From the NCBI GenBank assembly GCA_965224025.1, contig OZ245033.1:1024001-1088000 (forward strand): DNA of 64,000 nt, written 5' to 3'. This document shows, piece by piece, positions 1-12,085 of the stretch; the first letter of the stretch is position 1, and each line of letters opens with the position of its first letter. Origin of the DNA: Candidatus Multivorans sp. (lineage in GTDB: Bacteria > Acidobacteriota > Thermoanaerobaculia > Multivoradales > Multivoraceae). The notes beneath the pieces are model-generated. The model had not been told where the DNA came from and made no database searches. It worked only from the letters and a program-made list of their open reading frames with translations. A program made the translations under genes and the position numbers.

Positions 1-2
1 TC

Positions 3-170
3 TCCGAGGAGATCGGCAAGATGGAGATGACGGCGAGGCTGTTCGAGGCCGGGATCTTCACCGTGCCCGCCTGGTACACGGACGGCGGAGTCGAGTTCCG
101 TCCCATCCTGACGCTGACCGAAAACGAGGCGGACGAGATCATCGGCATCTTCCGCGACACCGTCGGATAG
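3..170 (+). CDS. C-terminal fragment of a probable class III PLP-dependent aminotransferase (5' end outside window)
   Basis: Open frame from window start reads SEEIGKMEMTARLFEAGIFTVPAWYTDGGVEFRPILTLTENEADEIIGIFRDTVG*, resembling the C-terminal 'RxxPPLxxxxxExD' region of class III aminotransferases. Confidence 0.5.
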   Translation, partial: SEEIGKMEMTARLFEAGIFTVPAWYTDGGVEFRPILTLTENEADEIIGIFRDTVG

Positions 171-269
171 GCGTCAGCGCAGCGCGTGCGCGGCGCTGAC
201 GCGCATGGAACGGGGCTGTGCATGTCGGCTGGTTGCCCGGCGCTCTATAGGCGGGGCACCGACTTGTCT

Positions 270-298
270 CTGGGTGCGCGGGCCTTCTGGCCCGCATC
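270..298 (+). repeat. REP-like palindromic repeat, copy 1
   Basis: CTGGGTGCGCGGGCCTTCTGGCCCGCATC; same architecture as copies at 8386, 13706 and 34010. Confidence 0.65.
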
Positions 299-431
299 CG
301 CCGCAGGCGGAATCCGACTTGGCAGCGTCCAGTTCCATGCAAGCGTGGCGCGGCAGAACATGGGGTGCGCCGATTCTTCCTGCGGCGCACGCTGCTAGCG
401 CCGCCTGGACGGCGCCAGGCACGCCGTCCAC

Positions 432-461
432 TTGACAGCCGCTCCTCTCCTCCCCTACGCT
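432..461 (+). promoter_or_regulatory. sigma70-type promoter of the ilv-leu leader
   Basis: TTGACA (432-437), 18 bp spacer, TACGCT (456-461), upstream of the leader peptide. Confidence 0.6.
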
Positions 462-529
462 CTGCGGCACGCTTTGCCGCACGGCAGAGCATCAGCAAAC
501 CCATACCCAGCAGGACACTCGAACCGGCC

Positions 530-703
530 ATGACGCGCTTGGCACCAGGATGGCGTCGGAGAAGTGCGCGGACGCCTCTTCGCGGCGCCCGGCCCGTCGT
601 CGTCGCCCGCGTCCTGTCGCGGCCGATCGTCGACTTCGCCGGTGCAGCCGGCCTCCTGCTACTGGTTCTGATTCTGGTTCTTGCCGTCCAGGGGGCTAAC
701 TAG
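530..703 (+). CDS. Branched-chain amino acid attenuator leader peptide (start uncertain)
   Basis: ORF ends in LLLLVLILVLAV including CTA/GTT/ATT/CTT codons atypical for this GC-rich DNA; CAGGGGGCT just before the stop is complementary to the 3' arm-pairing AGCCCCC of the downstream terminator. Confidence 0.8.
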   Translation: MTRLAPGWRRRSARTPLRGARPVVVARVLSRPIVDFAGAAGLLLLVLILVLAVQGAN

Positions 704-732
704 GCGCACCAACCGGAACCTGACCGACCTAG

Positions 733-761
733 AGCCCCCAGCACCGCCTGGGGGCTTTTTT
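733..761 (+). terminator. Intrinsic terminator of the attenuator
   Basis: Stem AGCCCCCAG / loop CACCGC / CTGGGGGCT followed by a T tract. Confidence 0.9.
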
Positions 762-838
762 GGGTTCGGCGCCCCGGAATCCACCATGAAACACCAAACG
801 GCTATTGAACCACTCGTAGGACTTGTTGAACCACCCAC

Positions 839-1795
839 ATGACTATTGAACGATCTGAGTGGATCTGGCTCGAGGACCAGTGGACGCCCTGGGCCGAGGC
901 GAACGTCCACATCACGACCCACGGCCTCCACTACGGCTCGTCGGTCTTCGAGGGCATCCGCGCCTACGACACCGGCGACGTGACGGCCGTCTTCCGTCTC
1001 GGCGCCCACATCCGGCGCCTGTTCGACAGTTGCCGGATCATGCGCATGGATCCGGGCTACGTCCAGGATCAGGTCGAGGAGCTGTGCATCGAGGCGGTGG
1101 CGCGCAACCGCCTCGAATCCTGCTACATCCGTCCGCTCATCTACCGCGGCGCCGAGAGCATGGGACTCAACCCCACGGACTGCGAAGTGAAGCTCGCGAT
1201 CTTCGCGGTCCGCTGGGGACGCTACCTCGGCGAGGAGGCGATCGAACAGGGCGTCGACGCCGCGGTCTCCTCCTGGCGGCGCTTCAACTCGAACACCGGC
1301 GCCCCCCTGGGAAAGATCAGCGGGCAGTACGTCACGAACCAGTTCGTCTCCGTCGAGGCGCGCCAGAACGGCTACGCCGAGGGCATCATGCTCGACGAGC
1401 GCGGCCTGGTCTGCGAGGGCGCCGGCGAGAACCTGTTCCTGATCAAGGACGGCGTGATCTACACACCGCCGAGCCACAACTCGATTCTGAACGGCATCAC
1501 CCGCGATTCGGTGATCACGATCGCCCAGGATCTGAAGTTCAAAGTGCTCTTCGAGCCGATCAGCCGCGAGGAGCTGTACCTGGCCGACGAACTGTTCATG
1601 ACCGGCACCGCGGCCGAAGTCAGTCCGGTCCGCACCGTGGACCAGATTCCGATCGGCAACGGCAGCCGCGGTCCGACCACGCACCGCCTGCAGGAGGAGT
1701 TCTTCGGCCTTGTGGAAGGCCGGCTCCCCGACCGCCACAACTGGCTCACTCCGGTACCCCGATTGGCTGCGGCGGCACAGCCGGCGGCGGGCTGA
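839..1795 (+). CDS. ilvE: Branched-chain amino acid aminotransferase
   Basis: LHYGSSVFEGIRAY, K-x-x-G-x-Y, EGAGENLF, ILNGITR, FMTGTAAEV motifs. Confidence 0.96.
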   Translation: MTIERSEWIWLEDQWTPWAEANVHITTHGLHYGSSVFEGIRAYDTGDVTAVFRLGAHIRRLFDSCRIMRMDPGYVQDQVEELCIEAVARNRLESCYIRPLIYRGAESMGLNPTDCEVKLAIFAVRWGRYLGEEAIEQGVDAAVSSWRRFNSNTGAPLGKISGQYVTNQFVSVEARQNGYAEGIMLDERGLVCEGAGENLFLIKDGVIYTPPSHNSILNGITRDSVITIAQDLKFKVLFEPISREELYLADELFMTGTAAEVSPVRTVDQIPIGNGSRGPTTHRLQEEFFGLVEGRLPDRHNWLTPVPRLAAAAQPAAG

Positions 1796-1809
1796 GCGAG
1801 GAGGTCAAG

Positions 1810-3687
1810 ATGGCCGAAGAGACGACCGCAACGGACAGCCAAACCGAGACGGGCATGGGCACGGACGCAGTCGTCCTGACCGGCGCCGAGATCGTTTGCG
1901 AGTGCCTGCTCCGCGAGGGGATCGACATCGTCTTCGGCTATCCGGGCGGGGCCATCCTGCCTGCCTATGACGCGCTCACCCAGTACCCGCAGCTCCACCA
2001 CGTCCTGGTCCGTCACGAGCAGGGCGCGTCCCACATGGCGGACGGCTACGCCCGCGCCACCGGCAAGGTCGGAGTGGCGATGGCGACCAGCGGCCCGGGC
2101 GCCACCAACCTGGTCACCGGCATTGCCACCGCGTTGATGGACTCCTCCCCGATCGTCTGCATCACCGGCCAAGTGCCGACCGGCGCCATCGGAACGGACG
2201 CGTTCCAGGAAACGGACGTCACCGGCATCACGATTCCGATCACGAAGCACAACTACCTGGTCACGAGCGTCGACGAACTGGCCGACGTGATGCGCGAGGC
2301 GTTCCACATCGCCCGCACCGGCCGTCCCGGCCCGGTCCTGGTCGACATCCCGAAGGACGTGCAGACTCAGACCACGGAGTTCGTCTATTCCGAGGAACCA
2401 GTCACCCTGCCCGGCTACCGAACGCCCCGCAGGGGCCGCGCCGACCAGATCGACAGGGCCCTGGAACTGATTCGCGGGTCGAAGCGGCCGCTGATCCTGG
2501 CCGGACACGGCATCTCGATGGCGGACGCGAACCGGGAGCTCAAGGAACTCTGCGAGCGCACGCAGATCCCGGTCGCCCTGACCCTGCTCGGCAAGGGCGC
2601 CATCTCGGAACACCATCCGCTGTGCCTGGGAATGATGGGTATGCACGGCGGCGCGGAGGTCAACCACGCGATCCAGCAGGCCGACCTGCTGATCGCCCTC
2701 GGCATGCGGTTCGACGACCGGGTGACCGGCAACCTGGCCACCTACGCCCAGGAGTCGCGGAAGATCCACGTCGACATCGATCCCTCGGAGATCAACAAGA
2801 ACGTCAGGGTCGACGTGGGAATCGTCGGCGACCTCGGCGAGGTGTTGCGGCAACTGCTGGAACGGGCCGAGCGCCCCTGGGACGAGACCTGGCTCGACCG
2901 GATCGCCGAGTGGCGGGAGGACTCCGAGCAGCGGGAGATCGTGAGGCCGGCGAGCGAACCGCAGCACCCCGCGGTCCCCGAGGGCAAGCTGCTCGGCGCC
3001 CAGGTCATCCGGGATCTGTTCGAGTTCACCGGTGGCAACGCAGTGACCGTCACCGACGTCGGCCAGCACCAGATGCTGGAGGCGCAGTACTACCAGCACG
3101 AGCGGCCGCACAGCCTGATCACCAGCGGCGGCCTGGGCACGATGGGCTTCGGGCTGCCGGCGGCCATCGGCGCCAAGCTGGCCCGGCCCGACCAGGAGGT
3201 CTGGGCGATCATCGGCGACGGCGGTTTCCAGATGACGATGATGGAACTCGCCACCGCCGTCCAGGAACAGGCGAACGTTCACATCGCCATCATCAACAAC
3301 GGCTTTCTCGGCATGGTCCGCCAGTGGCAGGAGTTCTTCTACGACGAGCGGTACAGCCAGACACCCATGGTCAACCCTGACTTCTGCAAGCTGGCGGCCG
3401 CCTATGACATCCCCGCGATCCGGGTCACTGAACGCGGCAAGATCGAGGAAGCGGTCAGCGCATCGCGGGCACACACAGGCGGTCCCACGCTGATCGAGTT
3501 CGTCGTAGAGAAGGAAGAGATCGTCTATCCCATGGTGCCGACCGGCGCCGATCTCGACGACATGATCCGCCGCCCGACTCCCGAGGAGTTCGAGCGCAAG
3601 CGCCGCGAACAAGCGGCCGCATTCGAGACGCCCGAGCCCGAGGCGCCGGCAGCCGTGGCGGCCATCGGAACACGGTTCGGAGTCTGA
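1810..3687 (+). CDS. ilvB: Acetolactate synthase large subunit
   Basis: FGYPGGA, RHEQGA, TSGPGATN, RFDDRVT, GDGGFQM TPP motif; ATG at 1810 after GAGGAGG. Confidence 0.96.
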   Translation: MAEETTATDSQTETGMGTDAVVLTGAEIVCECLLREGIDIVFGYPGGAILPAYDALTQYPQLHHVLVRHEQGASHMADGYARATGKVGVAMATSGPGATNLVTGIATALMDSSPIVCITGQVPTGAIGTDAFQETDVTGITIPITKHNYLVTSVDELADVMREAFHIARTGRPGPVLVDIPKDVQTQTTEFVYSEEPVTLPGYRTPRRGRADQIDRALELIRGSKRPLILAGHGISMADANRELKELCERTQIPVALTLLGKGAISEHHPLCLGMMGMHGGAEVNHAIQQADLLIALGMRFDDRVTGNLATYAQESRKIHVDIDPSEINKNVRVDVGIVGDLGEVLRQLLERAERPWDETWLDRIAEWREDSEQREIVRPASEPQHPAVPEGKLLGAQVIRDLFEFTGGNAVTVTDVGQHQMLEAQYYQHERPHSLITSGGLGTMGFGLPAAIGAKLARPDQEVWAIIGDGGFQMTMMELATAVQEQANVHIAIINNGFLGMVRQWQEFFYDERYSQTPMVNPDFCKLAAAYDIPAIRVTERGKIEEAVSASRAHTGGPTLIEFVVEKEEIVYPMVPTGADLDDMIRRPTPEEFERKRREQAAAFETPEPEAPAAVAAIGTRFGV

Positions 3688-3715
3688 GGCGCTCGGGTTC
3701 AGAGGGTACCGCGAT

Positions 3716-4261
3716 ATGGCAAAGCACATCCTGGCCGCTCTGGTCGAGAACCGTCCGGGCGTCCTGGCCCGAGTGGCGAACCTCTTCCGGCGGCGCAGCT
3801 TCAACATCGACAGCATGTCGGTCGGACGCACCCAGCGTGACCACGTGTCGCGGATGACGATCGTCATGGAGTCGGACGCCGCGGAGGCGGACCGCCTGGT
3901 GAAGAACCTCTACAAGCTGGTCGACGTCGTCCATGTCGATCACCTCCACGGCCTGCCCGCCGTCGCCCGTGACATGGCCCTGGTCAAAGTCAAGGCCGAC
4001 TCCTCGAACCGGCGCGAGGTGATCCAGCTCTGCGACATCTTCCGCGCCCGGATCATCGATGTCGGCGCGGAGTCGCTGGTCGTCGAGATCACCGGCGAAG
4101 AGGAGAAGATCGAGCACTTCACCGAACTCGTGCGGCCGTTCGGCATTGTCGAGATGGTTCGCACCGGCGTCATCGCCATGGGCCGCGGCGGCCACACGCT
4201 GAAGGACGCGGGCTTCAAGCCGAACCGCGGCGGATCCAGGGCCAGGCGAAGCGTGCTCTAG
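3716..4261 (+). CDS. ilvN: Acetolactate synthase small regulatory subunit
   Basis: ACT domain [19 protein letters not shown]; C-terminal EMVRTG. Confidence 0.95.
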   Translation: MAKHILAALVENRPGVLARVANLFRRRSFNIDSMSVGRTQRDHVSRMTIVMESDAAEADRLVKNLYKLVDVVHVDHLHGLPAVARDMALVKVKADSSNRREVIQLCDIFRARIIDVGAESLVVEITGEEEKIEHFTELVRPFGIVEMVRTGVIAMGRGGHTLKDAGFKPNRGGSRARRSVL

Positions 4262-4329
4262 AACCGCGCCAGGAACACACTACCGACGGCCGCTTCGGCC
4301 TCGGATCACACAGACAAGGAACCACTCAG

Positions 4330-5331
4330 ATGGCAAAGCTCTACTACGACGACGACGCGGATCTCTCCCGGCTGTCCGGCCGGACCGTCGCGGTCATCGG
4401 CTATGGCAGCCAGGGACACGCGCACGCCCTGAACCTCCGTGACAGCGGGGTTGAAGTCGTTGTCGGCCTGCGGGAGGGGAGCGGCAGCCAGACCAAGGCC
4501 GAGGCTGACGGCCTCGAGGTGCTGGGCAACGCCGAGGCCGCCGCCAGGAGTCGGATGATCATGATCCTGGCCCCCGACACCGTCCAGGCGGAGCTGTACG
4601 AGCAGGACGTCGCATCGAACCTCGAGCCCGGCGACACCCTGATGTTCGCGCACGGCTTCAACGTCCGCTACGGCGAGATCGAGGCGCCTCGGAACATCGA
4701 CGTATCCCTGGTCGCGCCGAAGGCGCCCGGTCACCGGGTGCGGGAGGTGTTCACCGAGGGCGCCGGCACGCCGGGTCTCGTCGCCGTGGCGAACGACGCC
4801 ACGGGGAACGCCCTGGCGGACGCCCTGGCCTACGCCAAGGGGATCGGCTGCACGCGCGCCGGCGTCATCGAAACGACCTTCGCCGAGGAGACCGAAACCG
4901 ACCTCTTCGGCGAGCAGATCGTCCTCTGCGGCGGCGCCTCGGCCCTGGTGCGCGCCGGCTTCGAGAAGCTCGTCGCGGCCGGCTACCAGCCCGAAGTCGC
5001 CTACTTCGAGTGCCTGCACGAGCTGAAGCTGATCGTCGACCTGATGTACGAGGGAGGACTCGGCTACATGTGGTACAGCGTCTCCGACACCGCCGAGCAC
5101 GGCGGCTACCACGCCGGCGACCAACTGATCACCAAGGACGTGCGCGCCGTGATGGACAAGGTGCTGAGCGACATCCAGGACGGGACCTACGCGCGCGACT
5201 GGATCGCGGAGAACCGGAACGGCCGTCCCCGCTTCGATCCCCGCAGAACGCAGGAGAGAACGCATCCGATCGAGGAGGTCGGCCGGGAACTGCGTCGGAT
5301 GATGCCGTTCCTGGACGCGAAGGAGGTGTAG
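4330..5331 (+). CDS. ilvC: Ketol-acid reductoisomerase
   Basis: [34 protein letters not shown]. Confidence 0.97.
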   Translation: MAKLYYDDDADLSRLSGRTVAVIGYGSQGHAHALNLRDSGVEVVVGLREGSGSQTKAEADGLEVLGNAEAAARSRMIMILAPDTVQAELYEQDVASNLEPGDTLMFAHGFNVRYGEIEAPRNIDVSLVAPKAPGHRVREVFTEGAGTPGLVAVANDATGNALADALAYAKGIGCTRAGVIETTFAEETETDLFGEQIVLCGGASALVRAGFEKLVAAGYQPEVAYFECLHELKLIVDLMYEGGLGYMWYSVSDTAEHGGYHAGDQLITKDVRAVMDKVLSDIQDGTYARDWIAENRNGRPRFDPRRTQERTHPIEEVGRELRRMMPFLDAKEV

Positions 5332-5333
5332 CG

Positions 5334-6958
<1,625 letters not shown>

Positions 6959-6962
<4 letters not shown>

Positions 6963-8380
6963 GCCCCAACCAGACGCTGTTCGAGAAGATCTGGCGGCGC
7001 CACCTGGTCGCCGCCGAGGCCGAAGGACTGCCGGCGAGCCTCTACGTCGACCTGCACCTGGTTCACGAAGTGACCTCGCCCCAGGCGTTCACCGATCTGG
7101 CAGAACGGGGCTTGAGCGTGCGGAGGCCCGATCTCACCCTGGCGACGATGGACCACTCGACGCCCACCGACCCGACCATCGACGGCGCGAAGCTCCGGGT
7201 GCTCGACCCCGAGGGATCGGCCCAACTCGACCAGCTCCAGGCGAACTGCGAACGTCACGGCATCCCGCTCTACGCCATGGGCGACGCGCGCCGCGGCATC
7301 GTCCACGTGATCGGGCCCGAGCTCGGCGCCACCCAGCCCGGCATGACCGTCGTCTGCGGCGACAGCCACACGAGCACCCACGGTGCGGTCGGCGCCCTCG
7401 CCTTCGGCATCGGCACCAGCGAAGTCGGCCACGTCCTGGCCACGCAGTGCCTGCTCCAGCACCGGCCGAAGACCTACGAGGTGCGCGTCGACGGCCGCCT
7501 GCGGGAAGGCGTGGTCGCGAAGGACATCATCCTGGCCGTGATCGCCAGGCTCGGCATCGGCGGCGGAACCGGCCACGTCTTCGAGTACACGGGAGCGGCG
7601 ATCCGCGCGCTCGACATGGAAGGCCGCATGACGGTCTGCAACATGTCGATCGAGGGCGGCGCTCGCGCCGGCCTGATCGCGCCCGACGACGTGACCTTCG
7701 ACTACCTGGAGGGTCGGCCCATGGCGCCGTCGGGCGACGCCTGGGAGGCGGCGCTCGAGGACTGGCGGTCCCTGCCCACCGACGAGGGGGCGGTCTACGA
7801 CCGGACCACCACGCTCGACGGCTCGGCGCTCGAACCCATGGTCACCTACGGCACGAACCCGGGCATGGCGATCCCGATCGCCGGCGCGATCCCTGAAGAT
7901 GGAGCAGTCGAACCGGAGAAACGCGCTTCCTTCCGCAAGGCGCTCGACTACATGGCTCTTGAACCGGGCCAGCAGCTTCAGGGCAAGCCGATCGACGTCG
8001 TCTTCGTCGGCAGTTGCACGAACTCGCGCTACAGCGATCTTGCGGCCGCCGCGAGCGTCCTGCGCGGGCGCAAGGTGGCCGACGGACTCCGCGTGCTCGT
8101 CGTGCCCGGCTCGGACGCGGTCAAGCGGCAGGCCGAGCGCGACGGTCTCGCCCAGGTGTTCGTCGACGCCGGGGCCGAGTGGCGCGAAGCGGGGTGCTCG
8201 ATGTGCCTGGCGATGAACGGCGATCAACTGGCCCCGGGCCAGTACGCGGTCAGCACCTCGAACCGCAACTTCGAGGGCCGGCAGGGCGCCGGCGGCCGCA
8301 CCTTCCTGGCCAGTCCGCTTACCGCCGCGGCGTCCGCGATCACCGGTCGGGTCACCGATGTCCGCGAGGTCCTGTCATGA
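6959..8380 (+). CDS. leuC: 3-isopropylmalate dehydratase large subunit
   Basis: [43 protein letters not shown]. Confidence 0.97.
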
Positions 8381-8461
8381 GCACTCCTGGGAACGCGGGC
8401 GTCTCGCCCGCACGCTCCGGCACAAGCGCCGCCGACGCACGGGGAAACCTCTCATGAGCAC
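8375..8461 (+). repeat. REP-containing insertion between leuC and leuD flanked by a 10-bp direct repeat
   Basis: TCATGAGCAC at 8375-8384 and 8452-8461 flank CCTGGGAACGCGGGCGTCTCGCCCGCA (8386-8412). Confidence 0.75.
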
Positions 8462-9077
8462 GCGCTTCGACCGCTTCACCGGCACGATGGCGCCGCTGCC
8501 TGGCCAGAACATCGACACGGACCAGATCATCCCGGCGTCCTACCTCAAGGTCACCGACCGCTCGGGTCTGGCCGCCGGCCTCTTCTGCCGCTGGCGCTAC
8601 CGGGACGGCGATCCCGAAGGCGAGCCGATCGCTGAGTTCGTCTTGAATCAGCCGCAGCATCAGGACGCCCGCATCCTGCTCGCCGGCGACAACTTCGGCT
8701 GCGGCAGTTCCCGCGAGCACGCGCCCTGGGCTCTGGTCGGCTACGGCTTCCGCGCCGTGATCAGCACGTCCTTCGCCGACATCTTCCGCAGCAACGCGCT
8801 GAAGAACGGGCTGCTCGTCGTACCGGTAGCGGACGAGGTCTCCGCAGCGCTGTTCGACGCCGTCGCCGCCAACCCGGCGACCGAGGTCACGATCGACCTC
8901 GACGCGCAGACCCTCAGCCTTCCCGGCGGAGGCGAAGCGCCGTTCGCTGTCGATCCGTTCGCCCGCCGCTGCCTGCTCGACGGCACGGATCAGCTCGGCT
9001 ATCTGCTGAAGCAGGCGGCGGCCATCGGAGCATTCGAGGCAGAGCACCCCTCCCGACTCGACACGCGGTCCGCCTGA
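8454..9077 (+). CDS. leuD: 3-isopropylmalate dehydratase small subunit
   Basis: NIDTDQIIPA, NFGCGSSREHAPWAL, FADIFRSN. Confidence 0.96.
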   Translation: MSTRFDRFTGTMAPLPGQNIDTDQIIPASYLKVTDRSGLAAGLFCRWRYRDGDPEGEPIAEFVLNQPQHQDARILLAGDNFGCGSSREHAPWALVGYGFRAVISTSFADIFRSNALKNGLLVVPVADEVSAALFDAVAANPATEVTIDLDAQTLSLPGGGEAPFAVDPFARRCLLDGTDQLGYLLKQAAAIGAFEAEHPSRLDTRSA

Positions 9078-9104
9078 GCCGCGCCCTCTCGACCACACCG
9101 ACCC

Positions 9105-10175
9105 ATGCAGGCGAACATCGTCCTTCTTCCCGGCGACGGGATCGGGCCCGAGGTCACGGCCGAGGCTGCCCGCGTTCTGAACGTCGTCGCCGATCTCGGC
9201 GGCCACGAGTTCCAGCTCGAGTCCCACCCAATGGGCGGCAACGCGATCGACGACTTCCGGAACCCCTTGCCGCCGAGCACGCTCGCTGCCTGCAAGGCCG
9301 CCGACGCGGTGTTCCTGGGCGCCGTCGGCGGGCCGAAGTGGTCCGACCCGACCGCCGAACTCCGCCCCGAGCAGGGGCTGCTCGACCTGCGGGCCGAGCT
9401 TGGCCTGTTCGCCAACCTGCGCCCGGTGCCGGTGTTCGAGTCACTGATCGAGTTCGCGCCGCTCAAGCCCGAACTGTTGCGTGGCGTCGACCTGCTGTTC
9501 GTGCGCGAGCTGACCGGCGGCATCTACTTCGGCCCCCGCCAGGAACAGGGCGACGGCGACGTGGCGCACGACACGCTCGTCTACTCCACCGCCGAAGTCG
9601 AACGCGTGGCCCGCGTGGCGCTACGCGCCGCCAGAGGACGCCGCGGCAAGCTCGCCTCGATCGACAAGGCGAACGTGCTGGCCTCGATGCGACTCTGGCG
9701 CCGCGCGGTGACCGAAGTCGCCGGCGCCTACCCCGACGTCGAGGTCAGCCACCACCTCGTCGACGCCTTCGCGATGCAGTTGATGCGCTCGCCCGCGGAC
9801 TACGACGTGATCCTCGCCGGCAACATGTTCGGCGACATCCTGAGCGACGAGGCGGCCATCCTCGCCGGTTCGCTCGGCATGCTGCCCTCGGCGTCGCTCG
9901 GCTCCGGTCGACAGGGCCTGTACGAACCGGTCCACGGCTCGGCGCCCGATATCGCGAGCCGCGGCATCGCCAACCCCATCGGCGCCATCCTGAGCGCCGC
10001 GATGCTGCTCCGCCACAGCCTCGATCTGGAGACGGAGGCGACCCAGGTCGAAGCGGCGGTCGCCGCGGTCCTGGACGAAGGGCTCCGTACCTGCGATCTG
10101 GCGCCCGAAGGTCAGCCGGCAGTATCCACAACGGAGATGGGCCTGGAGATCGCCGCCAGGATCGGCGCCGCCTGA
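9105..10175 (+). CDS. leuB: 3-isopropylmalate dehydrogenase
   Basis: [46 protein letters not shown]. Confidence 0.97.
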   Translation: MQANIVLLPGDGIGPEVTAEAARVLNVVADLGGHEFQLESHPMGGNAIDDFRNPLPPSTLAACKAADAVFLGAVGGPKWSDPTAELRPEQGLLDLRAELGLFANLRPVPVFESLIEFAPLKPELLRGVDLLFVRELTGGIYFGPRQEQGDGDVAHDTLVYSTAEVERVARVALRAARGRRGKLASIDKANVLASMRLWRRAVTEVAGAYPDVEVSHHLVDAFAMQLMRSPADYDVILAGNMFGDILSDEAAILAGSLGMLPSASLGSGRQGLYEPVHGSAPDIASRGIANPIGAILSAAMLLRHSLDLETEATQVEAAVAAVLDEGLRTCDLAPEGQPAVSTTEMGLEIAARIGAA

Positions 10176-10278
10176 GCCCGCTGGCGCTCCTCTGACCCTG
10201 CAGGCTCGCGCTCGGTACAAGCTTCGCCGGCGGTCCGCCCGCCAACACGGACTACTCGGGACGGCTCGCTCCCGAGAT

Positions 10279-11540
10279 TCAGAGATCCGCTGGAAAAAAC
10301 AGCACCGGCTCGTCGGAACCGAACCCGAGGTCGACCTCGAACTCCACCCGCCCTCCTGGCACGAGTACGCTCCCGGCGCCGGCGCTTGCGTTGAGCGCGC
10401 CCGCGCAGGCGTTCACATAAAACCCGTAGTCGAAGGCCGCCGATTGGACAACCCGGTAGCGACCGGCGGAAAGTCCCGGCAGTTCGATCCTGTCGATCAC
10501 ACTGCCGGTCGCCGGGTCCACGCCCCCCCGCCGGCACGGCGGCTCCAGGCGAGCAGGTCGCTCATCAACAGTACGCCTCCGTGCGGCGTCAGGAGGACCG
10601 GCTCGGAGAGACCTCCGGCGCGGTCGCCGACCGTGTTGCGCAGCACGACCGTGCCGACCGGTTCGTCCATCAGGTCGAGTGGATCGCCAGGTTGGAGGCG
10701 CAGGCGCACTGTCCGAACGTCGTCTACTACCCAGTCCTCCAACGGCGAGGAAGGAACCTCGGCCCTCCCCTGGGTGAATCCGTCGAACCAGGCCCACAGG
10801 CGATACCGGCCTTCCTCGAGCCCGTCGAACGCGAAACGGCCCTCCTGGTCGGACGCGACCGGCAGAGAAACGAACGCTTCCAGATCGTCATCGTCGTTCC
10901 CGTCCCCCTCGTCGGCTCTCTCGATGCTCACCGAGGCGCCGGGGAGCGGCTCAAGCGTTGAGCCATCGAGGACCACGCCACGTACCGTTCGGTCGCCCAA
11001 GTCGAATCGCAGGCTCAGAACATCGTTGTCCACGCGTGCGCTGACCTTGAACATCCGACGGAGTCCGCCGGCCGTTTCCACGGCGGCGGCGACCACATCG
11101 CCTGTCGGCCTCGGCATCTGGCCGCCGAACTCGCCGTCTTCGTTCGTGACGAATGGTACGCGGTCGCCAGCCCCGCGGCTGAGCGCCACCCGGGCCTGAA
11201 CGCCGTTGCCGTCGAGACGCACCTGACCGCGCACCTCGACGAAGTCCAGATCGATGGCGACGGCTTCGTTGCCCGCTACTTGCATCTGCTCCGAATGGAG
11301 CAGGTCGCCGTCCGGAGTCTGCAGGCCCAGAAAGTACGAGCCCGTCGGCAGACCATGAAGGGTCGCAACGCCGTTTGGTTCCGCCTCGGCCATCCGAGGC
11401 GCCGTACTCCGATCGAGCCTCTGCGCCGCGACGCGCCACCTGCCCGTGCCAGGCGCCCGCGGCGAGATGAAGACCCATACCTCGGCGACTCGCTCAGGAG
11501 GACTTCCGCAAGCCGCGTTTCGGCGTCCGGCCGATCGCAA
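10279..11540 (-). pseudogene. Carboxypeptidase-regulatory-like (beta-sandwich) repeat protein, frameshifted and probably 5'-truncated
   Basis: VRGVVLDGSTLEPLPGASV...SDQEGRFAFDGLEEGRYRL pattern; reading continues in another frame (GVDPATGSVIDRIELPGLSAGRYRVV) after a 7-base homopolymer at 10523-10529. Confidence 0.6.
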
Positions 11541-11564
11541 TCCTCTTGGGATGGAGTCGCAAGT

Positions 11565-12071
11565 TCAGGGGCCCGCCGTCGACACCGCCAAGTCACGTTC
11601 GGCAGGAGCGCCTTGCCGAACCCTGCTCCCGCTCTGCCAAGGCGTCTTGCAACCCACCAGGCTGGACTGTCCGTTCGCTATCGAACAGGTTGCGATGTCG
11701 GTGGGCGCCGGGATGCAAGCGCCGGTCGGACGCAGCGTCGGATCTCCCTCGCGGTCGTCCATCGCCTCCGCAAGCGTCAGAACCGGTCGCGCCGTCCGAA
11801 TCGCTCCCGGCGTCAAGATCGGCCCCGGCTCGAGGTCCGGCCGACCGACGACGAGCGTCTGGCTGCGTGCAGCGGGAACATAGCCGCAATTGTAGTCCGT
11901 GTAGCAGTAGCTGTAAATGTAAATACACTCAACCCCCCCCATGTGAGGGGTGCCGACGCAGGCGAGGCCGACACAGCGCTTGCAAGAAGCCTCAGCCGTG
12001 CTGCTTGTCACGAACACAATGCGGGCTGACTTTACATGGAACCGGCGGGGCCGCCGGGCGTGCCGGCGCAT
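11565..12071 (-). CDS. Possible secreted cysteine-rich protein
   Basis: MRRHARRPRRFHVKSARIVFVTSSTAEA-SCKRCVGLACVGTPHMGGVECIYIYSYCYTDYNC; locally AT-richer; start uncertain. Confidence 0.4.
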   Translation of the reverse strand: MRRHARRPRRFHVKSARIVFVTSSTAEASCKRCVGLACVGTPHMGGVECIYIYSYCYTDYNCGYVPAARSQTLVVGRPDLEPGPILTPGAIRTARPVLTLAEAMDDREGDPTLRPTGACIPAPTDIATCSIANGQSSLVGCKTPWQSGSRVRQGAPAERDLAVSTAGP

Positions 12072-12085
12072 CCACTGTGCGCCGT

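Noticed and set aside
859-1809. Apparent 942-aa IlvB with long N-terminal extension (likewise LeuA from 5010)
   Set aside because: Alternative-frame overlap with the upstream gene in GC-rich DNA; real starts at 1810 and 5334
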